A stretch of 64,000 nucleotides of DNA from contig JBMORA010000064.1 of the NCBI GenBank assembly GCA_049320885.1, forward strand, positions 96,001 to 160,000, read 5' to 3'. Position 1 is the stretch's first letter. The number at the start of each line of letters is the position of its first letter. Shown here in pieces: positions 47,124-56,706 of this stretch. The notes under the pieces are model-generated. The model was given only the letters and a program-made list of their open reading frames with translations, had not been told where the DNA came from and searched no databases. The DNA comes from Thermodesulfobacteriota bacterium. GTDB taxonomy: Bacteria > Desulfobacterota > Desulfobacteria > Desulfobacterales > SURF-7. The position numbers and the translations under genes are program-made.

Positions 47124-48632
47124 ATGAATGCTTGGCACACGGAACGATATGACCTGTGCGTGATCGGTTGCGGACCCGGCGGTTTTGCAGCCGCCATGCG
47201 TGCTCTTGACTTCGGGAAATCCGTATGCATCCTCGAGGCGGGAGAAATCGGAGGCGCAGGTGTCCGATGGGGCGCGCTGGCGTCCAAAACCATGTGGGAG
47301 CTGTCAAAGGATTATGCCGTTGCCGCGAAAATGGACCGGGGGTATTGTACGACGGCCCTGCGGGTTGATTTTGAGTCCATGCGATCCACGGTTATTCAGG
47401 CAGTGGAAGAAAGACAATCCCAGATGCTGACCCAGCTTGACCGGTTTTCCCCCCATCGTTGGAAGGGGGGCGGCTCCTTGACATTGAAGCGAGGGCATGG
47501 ACGCTTTTTGTCCCGGAAGATCCTGGGGGTCATTTCGGAGACAGGCCGGGAGGAAAGGGTTGCCGCCGATTTTTTTGTGATTGCAACCGGCTCCAGGCCT
47601 CGCCAGATCGATGGCATCCAGACGGATCAGGAACGCGTTCTCGATTCGGACGGAATCCTGAATCTGAAGACATTCCCCAAACGCTTGATGATCATCGGCG
47701 CCGGCATCATCGGTTGTGAGTATGCGACGATTTTTGCGAATTTCGGTCAAACCGCCGTTTCCCTGGTCGATCACATGGACCGGGTGATTCCATATGAGGA
47801 CGATGACGTCAGTGATTTTGTGCGGACAAGCCTGACCCGGGACGGCGTCAGGATCCATCATTCCTCCAGGTTGCGGGAGGTCATCCGGCACGATTCGCAT
47901 TTACAGGCAGTATTGGAATGCTCGGACGGCCGGAGGGAGCGGTTTGACACGGATGCGTTGCTGATCGCCATCGGCCGCCGGCCACAGGTCGAGCAGTTGG
48001 GGCTGGAACAGGCCGGGATTATAGAAAAAAAATCGAGCCATCTCTTAACCGATGTGAATTGCCGGTTGACCGATTCCATTTATGCGGTGGGCGATGTGAA
48101 CCATCATCCGGCGCTGATCAATATCGCGGAAGGGGAAGGGCGGCTGGCTGTCGAGCATATGTTCGGGAAAAATCCCCGGCCCCTCAACTATCGAAACATG
48201 TCGACCGTCATGTTTTTTCATCCGGCCGTGGCTTCCGTGGGATTGAGTGAGCGGGCCTGCCGCAGACAGAATATCGCCTATCGTGCGGCTTATCATGACA
48301 ATCATCTGCTTTCACGCGCCATTGCCATGAGAACCGTGCGCGGATTTGCCAAGATCATCGTCAGTGACGACGCCAGGCAGACAATCCTGGGAATGCGGGC
48401 GGCGGGTCCGCAGGTTTCCAGCATGATCATGGCGGTTGCATTGCTGATGGATCAGAATATCGGCATTCGGGACATGCTGAAAACAGTCTATCCGCATCCG
48501 ACCATATCCGAAGGAATTCAGGAATGTCTGCGACTGTTGTTGGGGGAGTCCGTTTACAAGCCCGAGGCGTTTCCGGAGTATCTGAAATTATGGTCCTGGC
48601 ATCCCGGGGAACCGGCATCAGCATCCCCATGA
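47124..48632 (+). CDS. Pyridine nucleotide-disulfide oxidoreductase homologue (Lpd/SthA-like) lacking redox cysteines
   Basis: IGCGPGG, ATGSRP, IGAGIIG, YAVGD, HPTISE. The CxxxxC site reads GGAGVRWGALASK. Confidence 0.85.
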   Translation: MNAWHTERYDLCVIGCGPGGFAAAMRALDFGKSVCILEAGEIGGAGVRWGALASKTMWELSKDYAVAAKMDRGYCTTALRVDFESMRSTVIQAVEERQSQMLTQLDRFSPHRWKGGGSLTLKRGHGRFLSRKILGVISETGREERVAADFFVIATGSRPRQIDGIQTDQERVLDSDGILNLKTFPKRLMIIGAGIIGCEYATIFANFGQTAVSLVDHMDRVIPYEDDDVSDFVRTSLTRDGVRIHHSSRLREVIRHDSHLQAVLECSDGRRERFDTDALLIAIGRRPQVEQLGLEQAGIIEKKSSHLLTDVNCRLTDSIYAVGDVNHHPALINIAEGEGRLAVEHMFGKNPRPLNYRNMSTVMFFHPAVASVGLSERACRRQNIAYRAAYHDNHLLSRAIAMRTVRGFAKIIVSDDARQTILGMRAAGPQVSSMIMAVALLMDQNIGIRDMLKTVYPHPTISEGIQECLRLLLGESVYKPEAFPEYLKLWSWHPGEPASASP

Positions 48633-48645
48633 GCAATCCAATGTG

Positions 48646-49203
48646 TCACCAAAAAAAATGCAACAGCCAATCCAGGGTTTGGCGGGTTCGATATTTCAAG
48701 CCAAGATAAGACCATTGGTCCGGGAAGGCCAGGGGAGCGAATTCCACCTCCAAGTCGAAACGATAAACACCGTTCTCAAATTGTTTGTCCACAATCCGGA
48801 AAGGATATCGGACAACGCCTTCATAATTCATCCGAACCCGGTCATCGGCAAGCGCATTGTATAAGGTTCCGCTTGCGGAAACGGACTTCAGACCCCGGGC
48901 CCACAGGATCCGCGCAACGGCATCGTGTCCGGCGGCGGCGGTGATATCCTGGCCGGCCCCCGGAGCCGCAACGCCGACTGCCCGGATGCGTTGGAAGCCT
49001 TCCATGCGGTATTCCGTTTCCGTCGGCTGCAATTCCAATTGCGATTCAACGATCATGCCGTTCCGGGATACCATGCTGAATCGTCCGAAATATAAAGACG
49101 TCTGGTCGGCTTCCGCCAGGGTGAGGGTCGGAATCACGGCGCGAATGGAAATCAGCAGCAACAATTCCGCCAGAATATGTGTAGTGAATGAGCGCATTTC
49201 CAT
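48646..49203 (-). CDS. Exported hypothetical protein, possibly FlgT N-terminal-domain-like
   Basis: Hydrophobic N-terminus. RAVGVA...HDAV...SVSAS...DDRVRMNYEGVVR...IVDKQFENGVY pattern. Confidence 0.5.
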   Translation of the reverse strand: MEMRSFTTHILAELLLLISIRAVIPTLTLAEADQTSLYFGRFSMVSRNGMIVESQLELQPTETEYRMEGFQRIRAVGVAAPGAGQDITAAAGHDAVARILWARGLKSVSASGTLYNALADDRVRMNYEGVVRYPFRIVDKQFENGVYRFDLEVEFAPLAFPDQWSYLGLKYRTRQTLDWLLHFFW

Positions 49204-49247
49204 GGGATGTAGATCGGTTCTGTTTCATCGGCCAATGCCCATGGAAC

Positions 49248-49263
49248 AGCAATGATTGTGCCA
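49248..49263 (-). promoter_or_regulatory. Sigma54 -24/-12 promoter
   Basis: Minus strand TGGCACAATCATTGCT, ~45 bp upstream of ATG 49203. Confidence 0.8.
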
Positions 49264-49436
49264 GCCAATTTAATCATATAAATCCAGATTGTTATTGTCG
49301 AGAGACACCAAAAATGGGAAAAAAATGCCGGAAAAAGCTGCCGCTGGGGAAGGTGGGCTGAAGAATAAAGATTTACCGCCTTGTTGCCGATCAAGTGATA
49401 GGACCGTCCCCAATCAGGCTTAACAGGAGAATGGAT

Positions 49437-49934
49437 ATGAACCAGTATCGGCATGCCGGGAGAATATGGAAATTGTCAGGAATCATGGTGGCCATTTTGG
49501 CAGCGGCTTTCATCGGATGTATCGGCAGGAATCAGGTGTTGAAATATGAAAGCACCGTCAATCGTTCGGAAAATATTGTTCCCGGTATAGAACCCGAGGA
49601 GTCGGACCGGAAAATTCTCATTCTGGTGAGGGGCAAGGGGATCGAGCCGGAGAAGGGAACCCCCATGCAGAAAAAATTTCTTGCCGAGCGCGCAGCGGTT
49701 CTGGATGGGTACCGTAAACTGGCGGAGCGCCTTGGAGGGCTTGTTTTGAACGCCCAAACCTATGGCGGGAGTAATGCCCTTTCCATGGATGAAGTGATGG
49801 TGGAAACCCGGGCTTTCATGCGCGGTGCCCAGATCGGCGCCGTGACCTATCACGAGGGTTTTGCCACGGTTGATGTCAAGGTTTATATCACTCCCCGGCA
49901 GGCCATGTTTTTTGATCAGAAAAAATATTTATAG
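49437..49934 (+). CDS. LPP20/FlgP-like lipoprotein
   Basis: Lipobox FIGC, then VRGKG...LAERAAVLDGYRKLAERLGG...RAFMRGAQI. Confidence 0.75.
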   Translation: MNQYRHAGRIWKLSGIMVAILAAAFIGCIGRNQVLKYESTVNRSENIVPGIEPEESDRKILILVRGKGIEPEKGTPMQKKFLAERAAVLDGYRKLAERLGGLVLNAQTYGGSNALSMDEVMVETRAFMRGAQIGAVTYHEGFATVDVKVYITPRQAMFFDQKKYL

Positions 49935-49965
49935 GGTAATTTCCATCAGGGTTCAACCGGGAATG

Positions 49966-50002
49966 AAAAAAGGCCTCGATCCATCAGGATCGAGGCCTTT
50001 TT
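49966..50002. terminator. Bidirectional rho-independent terminator
   Basis: AAAAAAGGCCTCGATCC-ATCA-GGATCGAGGCCTTTTT between the convergent lipoprotein and tRNA genes. Confidence 0.9.
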
Positions 50003-50009
50003 GATTCGT

Positions 50010-50095
50010 TGGTGCCGAAGCCGGGACTTGAACCCGGACGGATTGCTCCACTACCCCCTCAAGATAGCGTGTCTACCAAATTCCACCACTTCGGC
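50010..50095 (-). tRNA. tRNA-Leu(GAG)
   Basis: GCCGAAGTGGTGGAATTTGGTAGACACGCTATCTTGAGGGGGTAGTGGAGCAATCCGTCCGGGTTCAAGTCCCGGCTTCGGCACCA: 86 nt, long variable arm, encoded CCA, downstream of secG. Confidence 0.97.
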
Positions 50096-50117
50096 ATGTC
50101 GGCAGAGATCCTGCAGA

Positions 50118-50489
50118 TTATTCCGTTTTTTCCGGCGCTGTTTCGGCAGCGGGAGCCGGCAAAGGCTCTGCCGCCGGCTGCGGCATATCAGCGGTTTCCG
50201 GTTTCGCGGCGGACTCTTCAATCGGCACCTTTGTTTCCTTCATGATGGATGAGGGCGTCCGATTGGTGGAGATGTAGGCCAGCATCAGACATGTGGCCAT
50301 AAAGACTACGGCGACAACCGTGGTGGCCTTGTTTAAGAAGGTCATGGCCCCGGAAGCTCCGAAAAGGGTCTGGCTGCCGGAACCACCGAAGGACGCACCC
50401 ATGTCGGCCCCCTTGCCGGTCTGAAGCAGAACAATCAGAATCAATGCCAGGCATACGAAAACATGAACGATGACAATTAACACAGTCAT
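50118..50489 (-). CDS. secG: Preprotein translocase subunit SecG
   Basis: LIVLLQTGKGADMGASFGG..QTLFG, two TM helices. Confidence 0.96.
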   Translation of the reverse strand: MTVLIVIVHVFVCLALILIVLLQTGKGADMGASFGGSGSQTLFGASGAMTFLNKATTVVAVVFMATCLMLAYISTNRTPSSIMKETKVPIEESAAKPETADMPQPAAEPLPAPAAETAPEKTE

Positions 50490-50507
50490 GATGGTTTACA
50501 CTTTTTT

Positions 50508-51269
50508 TTAGTAATGAACAATTTTGCTGAAAACATCCGGATCCAGGCTGGCGCCACCCACCAATCCGCCGTCGATGTCCGGCATGCCCATCAGATCGGC
50601 GATATTGTCCGGCTTGACGCTTCCACCATAAAGGATCCGGACGGTTGATGCCAGTTCCGGCCCAAAATCCTTTTCGATCAAGGAACGTATAAAACAATGA
50701 GCTTCCTGAGCCTGATCCTTGGAGGCTGTCCTGCCTGTTCCGATGGCCCAGACCGGCTCATATGCGATCAGCAACGATCCCAGATCATCCAAAGAAAACC
50801 CTTCTAACCCCTTTCGCACCTGTTTGTCAAGTACGGAAAATGTTGAACCCGTATCCCTTTCCTTTTCCGTTTCACCGATGCAAAATATCGGAATCAGACT
50901 GGTTTTGACTGCGGCCCGAATTTTGTTGTTGACGGATTCATCGGTTTCACCAAAATACTGCCTTCTTTCGGAATGGCCGATAATGACGTGGGTGCAACCT
51001 GCTGAAATCAGCATTTTCCCTGATATTTCGCCCGTGAAGGCCCCTTCTTCCCGCCAATGGAGATTTTGGGCGCCCAGACGGATGCGGCTGCCTTTGAGTT
51101 GTTCCGATACGGCGGCGAGGGCAGTATAGGTCGGTGCGATCATCACCTCGCGATCCGTGACATCACGGACCAGGCGGGCCAGTTTGGCTGCCGCTTCCGT
51201 TGCTTCCTGGCAGGTTTTATACATTTTCCAATTACCGGCGATGAATGGTATTCGACTTTTCATGGGCAT
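50508..51269 (-). CDS. tpiA: Triosephosphate isomerase
   Basis: AGNWKM, GHSERR, AYEPVWAIGTG, YGGSV, LVGGASL. Confidence 0.98.
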   Translation of the reverse strand: MPMKSRIPFIAGNWKMYKTCQEATEAAAKLARLVRDVTDREVMIAPTYTALAAVSEQLKGSRIRLGAQNLHWREEGAFTGEISGKMLISAGCTHVIIGHSERRQYFGETDESVNNKIRAAVKTSLIPIFCIGETEKERDTGSTFSVLDKQVRKGLEGFSLDDLGSLLIAYEPVWAIGTGRTASKDQAQEAHCFIRSLIEKDFGPELASTVRILYGGSVKPDNIADLMGMPDIDGGLVGGASLDPDVFSKIVHY

Positions 51270-51282
51270 AAGTTCCTTATTT

Positions 51283-52287
51283 TTATAACTGGCTGCCGAT
51301 CATGGCCGCCAGATCCACCATCCGGGTGGAATAACCGGCTTCGTTGTCATACCAGGATAGAACCTTGACCATGTTATCGATCACATACGTGATTGGCCCG
51401 TCCACAATGGAAGACAGGGGGCAACCATTGAAATCCGACGACACCAAGGGCAACTCGCTGAATCCGAGAATGCCGGAAAGAGAGGTCATAGCGGCTTCTT
51501 TCAAGGCGCCGTTGATGTCGGATACGGTCAACCCGTTTTTGCCTACAGTGGCCACCAGATCGACGATGGAGACATTGGGTGTCGGCACCCGGATCGCCAG
51601 GCCGTTCAATTTGCCTTTCAGTTCCGGCAGCACCAGGGCAACGGCTTTGGCGGCGCCGGTGGTCGTCGGGATCATGGACAAGGAAGCGGCTCTAGCCCTG
51701 CGAAGGTCTTTATGGGGGAAATCAAGCAGGCGCTGATCTCCGGTATAGGAATGGATTGTGGTCATCAATCCTTTTTCAAGACCGAAATTTTCCAGCAGCA
51801 CTTTGGCAACCGGTGCCAGACAGTTGGTTGTGCAGGAAGCGTTGGAAATGATGTTGTGGGCTTTGGGATTGTACTGATTCGAATTGACACCCATGACGAT
51901 GGTGATGTCCGGGTCGGAAGCCGGAGCGGAAATGATTACCTTGCGGGCTCCAGCGGCGAGGTGCTTGGACGCCTGTTCCCGGCTGCTGAAAATACCAGTG
52001 CACTCGGCGGCTATATCCACACCGAATTCACTCCATTTGAGACTGGCGGGATCCTTGATGGAGGTGACGGCGATGGAGCGGCCATCCACCTCAATGGTAT
52101 CTTCCTTGGCAACGACGGTGTTTTCGATTTTCCCGTGCACGGAGTCGTATGCCAGAAGGTGAGCCATGGTTGCCGGATCAGTCAGGTCATTGATGGCCAC
52201 CACTTCAACTTTCGGATTTTTTAATGCCGCCCGGAAAACGAGCCTCCCGATTCTTCCAAAACCGTTGATTCCGATTTTAACGCTCAT
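51283..52287 (-). CDS. gap: Type I glyceraldehyde-3-phosphate dehydrogenase
   Basis: GINGFGRIGR, SNASCTTNCL, WYDNE. Confidence 0.98.
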   Translation of the reverse strand: MSVKIGINGFGRIGRLVFRAALKNPKVEVVAINDLTDPATMAHLLAYDSVHGKIENTVVAKEDTIEVDGRSIAVTSIKDPASLKWSEFGVDIAAECTGIFSSREQASKHLAAGARKVIISAPASDPDITIVMGVNSNQYNPKAHNIISNASCTTNCLAPVAKVLLENFGLEKGLMTTIHSYTGDQRLLDFPHKDLRRARAASLSMIPTTTGAAKAVALVLPELKGKLNGLAIRVPTPNVSIVDLVATVGKNGLTVSDINGALKEAAMTSLSGILGFSELPLVSSDFNGCPLSSIVDGPITYVIDNMVKVLSWYDNEAGYSTRMVDLAAMIGSQL

Positions 52288-52765
52288 TGTGTTCCTCCTT
52301 CAGGTTTTTTATCATCATGAGAGCATCCTCATGTGTATCGGAATAATAATTGGGGCGCCTCCCGATCAGCCGAAACCCCAGCCGTTGATAAAGATGGATG
52401 GCCGGGGAATTGGAGGCGCGAACCTCCAGAAACGCATTCTCAGCGCCTTCCGCCACCGCCCTGATCAGGCACTGATGTAACAGATAAGTAGCGGCTCCTC
52501 GGCGTTGCCAGCCTTCGGCCACACCCAGCCGCAACAATTGAATCTCTTCCACCATCAGGCGCAACGCGGCGTATGCGATGAGCGGTTGCCCGTCGGTGTC
52601 GTGCCGACAACACCGCATGATATAGGAACGGGCGGTTTCACAAACCAACTCATGTTCATAGGATTGCCGCAACCACGGACTGGGGAACAAGCGTTGTTCG
52701 ATGGCGACAACCTCATCGATATCATTTGCGGTCATGGGAGCCAAAATCCAGGCCGGCAATGTCAA
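52277..52765 (-). CDS. rimI: Ribosomal-protein-alanine N-acetyltransferase
   Basis: FPSPW, QRRGAA, LEVRASN, LYQRLGF, RPNYY, EDA. Confidence 0.88.
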   Translation of the reverse strand: MTLPAWILAPMTANDIDEVVAIEQRLFPSPWLRQSYEHELVCETARSYIMRCCRHDTDGQPLIAYAALRLMVEEIQLLRLGVAEGWQRRGAATYLLHQCLIRAVAEGAENAFLEVRASNSPAIHLYQRLGFRLIGRRPNYYSDTHEDALMMIKNLKEEHNER

Positions 52766-53175
52766 CTCCGTTTGTTTCCCCTTAAAATGCTGCTGGCGAG
52801 GGAAATGCTTTTTTTACCGGTTTCCTCCAACGTTTTTGCGAGCGCGGATAAGTCTTGTTCGCCCCGCGAATTGATCGCTTTTAATAATATCGGCAAGTTG
52901 ACTCCTGACAAGACTTCGATGCGGCCTTCCTCGAGAAAGGAATAACTCAGGTTAGAGGGGGTGCCGCCAAACATGTCCGTCAGAATGACCACCCCCCTGT
53001 GCCCATCCACCTGTTTAATGCCTTTGGCTATCTTATCGTGCAATTTATCGGCATTTTCATTCAGGTCGATGGACAGGGGCAGGACTGCTTCCGGTCTACT
53101 TCCCAGAACGAATGCCGCTGCTTCGATAAGGGCCTCACCAAGTTGGCTATGGGTAACCACCAGAATTCCAATCAT
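52762..53175 (-). CDS. PTS EIIA component, mannose/fructose family
   Basis: MIGILVVTH, LTDMFGGTPSN, GVNLP. Confidence 0.93.
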   Translation of the reverse strand: MIGILVVTHSQLGEALIEAAAFVLGSRPEAVLPLSIDLNENADKLHDKIAKGIKQVDGHRGVVILTDMFGGTPSNLSYSFLEEGRIEVLSGVNLPILLKAINSRGEQDLSALAKTLEETGKKSISLASSILRGNKRS

Positions 53176-53248
53176 AATATCCTCAGGTTTCTACGGCCGG
53201 GGAGCAGAAATCCGGCGAAGATATCTTTTATTGGTTTTACCAACAAAT

Positions 53249-54112
53249 TTAATTGTCAATATCACGGTGGATCAGTTCCACCTGTTTGCCTAGATCGCGA
53301 AGATGCTCGTGGACGATTTTTGCAATGGCAACACTGCGATGCCTTCCACCGGTGCATCCAAAGGCGATGGTCAAATATGCTTTGCCTTCCTTTTCATACA
53401 ATGGAATCAAATAGTCAAGCAAATCCAAATATTTTTTTAAAAATAAGCGGGTTTCCTCCCGGCAAAGAACAAAGTTCTTGACTGCATCGGTTTCTCCATC
53501 GAGCGGTTTTAATTCCGGCGTGAAATATGGATTGGCCAGAAAGCGGACATCGATTATTAAATCAAAATGTTGAGGAGTTCCATATTTGAAGCCGAAGGAC
53601 ATGACCTGGATGCGCATGCTCGTTCCGTGCGTTTTTTCACGAGCAAACTTGAGAATCGCTGATTTCAATTCATGGACATTGTTCTTGGAAGTATCGATGA
53701 TCGTTCCGGCAATCCGGCGCAAGTCTTCCAGTTGGCGTTTTTCCGTTCGGATGGCATCCAGGATTCCTTTACTGGGGGCGAGTGGATGTTGTCGTCTGGT
53801 TTGACTGTAGCGCCGCATCAGAACATCCTCGTCGGCTTCCAAAAACAGGATATCCAGACGGTATCCTTTCTCTGAAAGTTTCGAGAAAATATCCGGATAT
53901 TTGGAGATGAAATCTTTTTCTCGAAGGTCCATGCCGAAAACGAGGCCGGCAATATCCGAGGACTGGTCAAAGGGGAGTTCTAAAAATTTGGGGAGCAGGG
54001 CCACGGGCATGTTATCAACGCAATAAAAACCCGCATCTTCAAATGCCGCTATTGCCGTGCTTTTTCCGGACCCTGAAAGGCCTGTGATGATAATGATTCC
54101 GGTATGATTCAC
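53249..54112 (-). CDS. rapZ: RNase adapter RapZ (YvcJ family P-loop protein)
   Basis: TGLSGSGKS, CVDN, SFGFKYG, DVRFLANP, GCTGGRHRSV. Start (GTG 54112) uncertain. Confidence 0.95.
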   Translation of the reverse strand: MNHTGIIIITGLSGSGKSTAIAAFEDAGFYCVDNMPVALLPKFLELPFDQSSDIAGLVFGMDLREKDFISKYPDIFSKLSEKGYRLDILFLEADEDVLMRRYSQTRRQHPLAPSKGILDAIRTEKRQLEDLRRIAGTIIDTSKNNVHELKSAILKFAREKTHGTSMRIQVMSFGFKYGTPQHFDLIIDVRFLANPYFTPELKPLDGETDAVKNFVLCREETRLFLKKYLDLLDYLIPLYEKEGKAYLTIAFGCTGGRHRSVAIAKIVHEHLRDLGKQVELIHRDIDN

Positions 54113-54175
54113 AAAAGACCTGCCGCGAGATTCCGTTATTTCCCATTCCCGTGAGGGATGCTGATGATGCTGCAT

Positions 54176-54218
54176 AAAAGACGGCCGCTCCCACGGTTAC
54201 GGGAGCGGCTTGCCGTCT
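54176..54218 (-). terminator. Stem-loop/terminator after ptsN
   Basis: GCCGCTCCC/GGGAGCGGC stem with outer AGACGG/CCGTCT and a T-run on the minus strand. Confidence 0.55.
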
Positions 54219-54235
54219 GTTTATGCTTCAATGAA

Positions 54236-54694
54236 TTAAAATTCCTCGTCATCTTCCCTGATAACGCTGATTACCTCTTCCTTTCCGGCTGCATTCATCA
54301 GCCGTTCCTTGATGGCGTCGTTCTTCAGCAACCGGGAAATCCGGGCAAGCAATTTCAGATGCAGACCGGTTGAGTTTTCAGGTGTGAAAAGCAGAAAGAA
54401 AAGATGGGTCGGCCGACCGTCCATGGATTCGAAGTTGGCCCCTTTGCGACTTAAACCAAAGCCCAGGATCAATTCCTCCAGGTTTTTCAATTTGCCGTGG
54501 GGGATACCGATGCCGCCATCAATACCGGTGCTGCCCAGACGTTCTCTTTCCATGAGAACCCGGACGAGGGTCTGGTGGTCTATCCCGGTGATGTCGACCA
54601 CAGGAGTCGCCAGCTCTTCCAGCACCCCTTTTTTATCCGTGGCTTTCAGATCCGTCAGTATTGCTTCGTTATGGAGCACATCAAGGATTTTCAT
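54236..54694 (-). CDS. ptsN: PTS EIIA(Ntr)
   Basis: RERLGSTGI..GIGIPH, HLKLLARISR. Confidence 0.92.
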   Translation of the reverse strand: MKILDVLHNEAILTDLKATDKKGVLEELATPVVDITGIDHQTLVRVLMERERLGSTGIDGGIGIPHGKLKNLEELILGFGLSRKGANFESMDGRPTHLFFLLFTPENSTGLHLKLLARISRLLKNDAIKERLMNAAGKEEVISVIREDDEEF

Positions 54695-54708
54695 GTATTA
54701 CAACCTCA

Positions 54709-55254
54709 TCAGCTGCCGCTCGGCTGAATCAAGCCGAAGTCCCCGTCCTTGCGACGATACAGAACGTTGACTCTCTCCGTCTGGGAATTGGTAAATACAA
54801 AGAATTGGTCATCTATCAGATTCAGCTGCATGACAGCTTCCTCGATATCCATTGGCTTATACTCGATATTTTGTATCCGAACCCTTGGTGATTCTTTATC
54901 AACCGGATAGGCCATGCTGTCGAAAGCCATCCCTTTGGTTTTTCCTTTTGATTTTTTGGCGTCGGCCCTGCCTTTACGAATCTTCTGCTTGTTTTTCTTG
55001 AGTTGGGCCTCGAGTTTGTCAATCACCATGTCGATGGAGGAATACATATCATTGGTTTCTTCCTTCCCGTTGATATTCAAGCGATCACCAACCAGATTGA
55101 CTTCGGCGATATGCCGGAATTTTTCCACGGACAGCACCACGCTGGCCTCCGCCGGATTGTCCAGCAGTTTGTCAAAACGGTCCAGTTTGTCTTGAATGAA
55201 GGATCGGAGATGATCGGAGGGGTCTATGTTTTTGAAGGTCACGGATGTTTGCAT
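54709..55254 (-). CDS. hpf: Ribosome hibernation promoting factor (long HPF)
   Basis: DMYSSID, KPMDIEEAVMQL, VLYRRKDG. Confidence 0.93.
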   Translation of the reverse strand: MQTSVTFKNIDPSDHLRSFIQDKLDRFDKLLDNPAEASVVLSVEKFRHIAEVNLVGDRLNINGKEETNDMYSSIDMVIDKLEAQLKKNKQKIRKGRADAKKSKGKTKGMAFDSMAYPVDKESPRVRIQNIEYKPMDIEEAVMQLNLIDDQFFVFTNSQTERVNVLYRRKDGDFGLIQPSGS

Positions 55255-55268
55255 AGTGAAGCACCTCC

Positions 55269-56705
55269 TTAAAATTGTTTGCGTTTATTGGACGATAACA
55301 AACCCAACATCTCCCTGTATTTGGCCACCGTTCGGCGAGCGATGTCGATGTTGGACTCTTTCAGCATACTGGCAATTTTGTCGTCACTGTATGGTTTTTT
55401 GGTGTCCTCGCTTTCAATGATTTTTCGTATTTTTTCCTGCACGCTGGTTGACGCCAGCGCCTCACCGTGAATGCGATTGATGGAACTGTTGAAAAAATAT
55501 TTGAGTTCAAAGATACCTTGGGGAGTATAAGCGTATTTGTTGGTGGTTACGCGACTGATGGTGGATTCATGCATGCCGATATCCTGGGCTACATCCCGCA
55601 GTACCATCGGCTTTAAATAAGCGATTCCCTTGTCGAAAAATCCTTTCTGGAAGCGCAGGATGCTTTCCATGACTTTGTAGATCGTTTTTTGACGTTGGTG
55701 AATACTGCGGATCAACCATGCTGCCGAGCGCATTTTATCCTGCAAATAGTCCTTGGTGTCGCCGCTGATTTTTTCCCCCCTGTTTACGGCTTTTTTATAG
55801 TAAGGATTGATACGCAACTTGGGCATTCCGTCATCATTCAGAACAATGACATAGTCCTCCTCGAATTTGTATACATAAATATCCGGGCTGATATATTGCG
55901 GTTCCTCCGTGGAATATGACCGGCCCGGTTTCGGCTCCAGCATTTTGATCACATTAACGGCGGCGATGACTTCCTTGATGGAGATTTTCAAGGCCCGGCA
56001 GATGGCTTTGTAGTTTTTATTCTCCAGGTTTTTAATATGGTGTTGAATGATGTCCGATACAATGGTGTCGGCCAGTCCCAGTTGAGCGGCCTGAATCAGA
56101 AGGCATTCACTCAGGTTTCGGGCGCATACGCCGATGGGATCGAAGGTCTGCAGCTGGGTCAGCACTTTTTCCACTTGTTCAATGGGGCTGCCGCTCAGGG
56201 TGGCGATTTCTTCCAGGGGTATCTCCAGATACCCGTCCTGATTGAGATTGCCGATAATCATGCTCCCAATGTATTCTTCCTCCTTGGTCGGCAGGGTCAT
56301 TAACAATTGCCACAACAGATGGTCATTGAGGGATTTTTTGCTGGAAATGAAGGTTTCATAAGCCGGAGCGTCTTTATGCTCGATTTCATAATGATTGCGA
56401 CCAAGGGAATTGTATTCATCCAAATAATTGCTCCAGTCCACATCGGTCTGGATATTTTCGTCAATCCTGACTTCCTTGATCTGTTCTCCCGTATCCGGAG
56501 CGGGCATTTCCGGTGCCGCGTCGGGGCTTTCATCGCCGATGGTTTCCTGCACTTCATCCAGAGCAGGATTGCTTTCAAGCTCCTGACTGACCATGTCCAT
56601 CAATTCCAGTCTGGATAGCTGAAGCAGTTTGATCGCCATCTGCAGCTGGGGGGTCATGATCAGCTGTTGGGTGAGTTTCAGCTGTTGTCTGAGTTCAAAA
56701 GCCAT
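55269..56705 (-). CDS. rpoN: RNA polymerase sigma-54 factor
   Basis: MTPQLQMAIKLLQL, HESTISRV, RpoN box ARRTVAKYRE. Confidence 0.98.
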   Translation of the reverse strand: MAFELRQQLKLTQQLIMTPQLQMAIKLLQLSRLELMDMVSQELESNPALDEVQETIGDESPDAAPEMPAPDTGEQIKEVRIDENIQTDVDWSNYLDEYNSLGRNHYEIEHKDAPAYETFISSKKSLNDHLLWQLLMTLPTKEEEYIGSMIIGNLNQDGYLEIPLEEIATLSGSPIEQVEKVLTQLQTFDPIGVCARNLSECLLIQAAQLGLADTIVSDIIQHHIKNLENKNYKAICRALKISIKEVIAAVNVIKMLEPKPGRSYSTEEPQYISPDIYVYKFEEDYVIVLNDDGMPKLRINPYYKKAVNRGEKISGDTKDYLQDKMRSAAWLIRSIHQRQKTIYKVMESILRFQKGFFDKGIAYLKPMVLRDVAQDIGMHESTISRVTTNKYAYTPQGIFELKYFFNSSINRIHGEALASTSVQEKIRKIIESEDTKKPYSDDKIASMLKESNIDIARRTVAKYREMLGLLSSNKRKQF

Positions 56706-56706
56706 T

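Noticed and set aside
49935..50095. tRNA-Leu as an integration site for a genomic island
   Set aside because: No integrase and no duplicated tRNA 3' end seen in the window. A normal terminator follows the tRNA.
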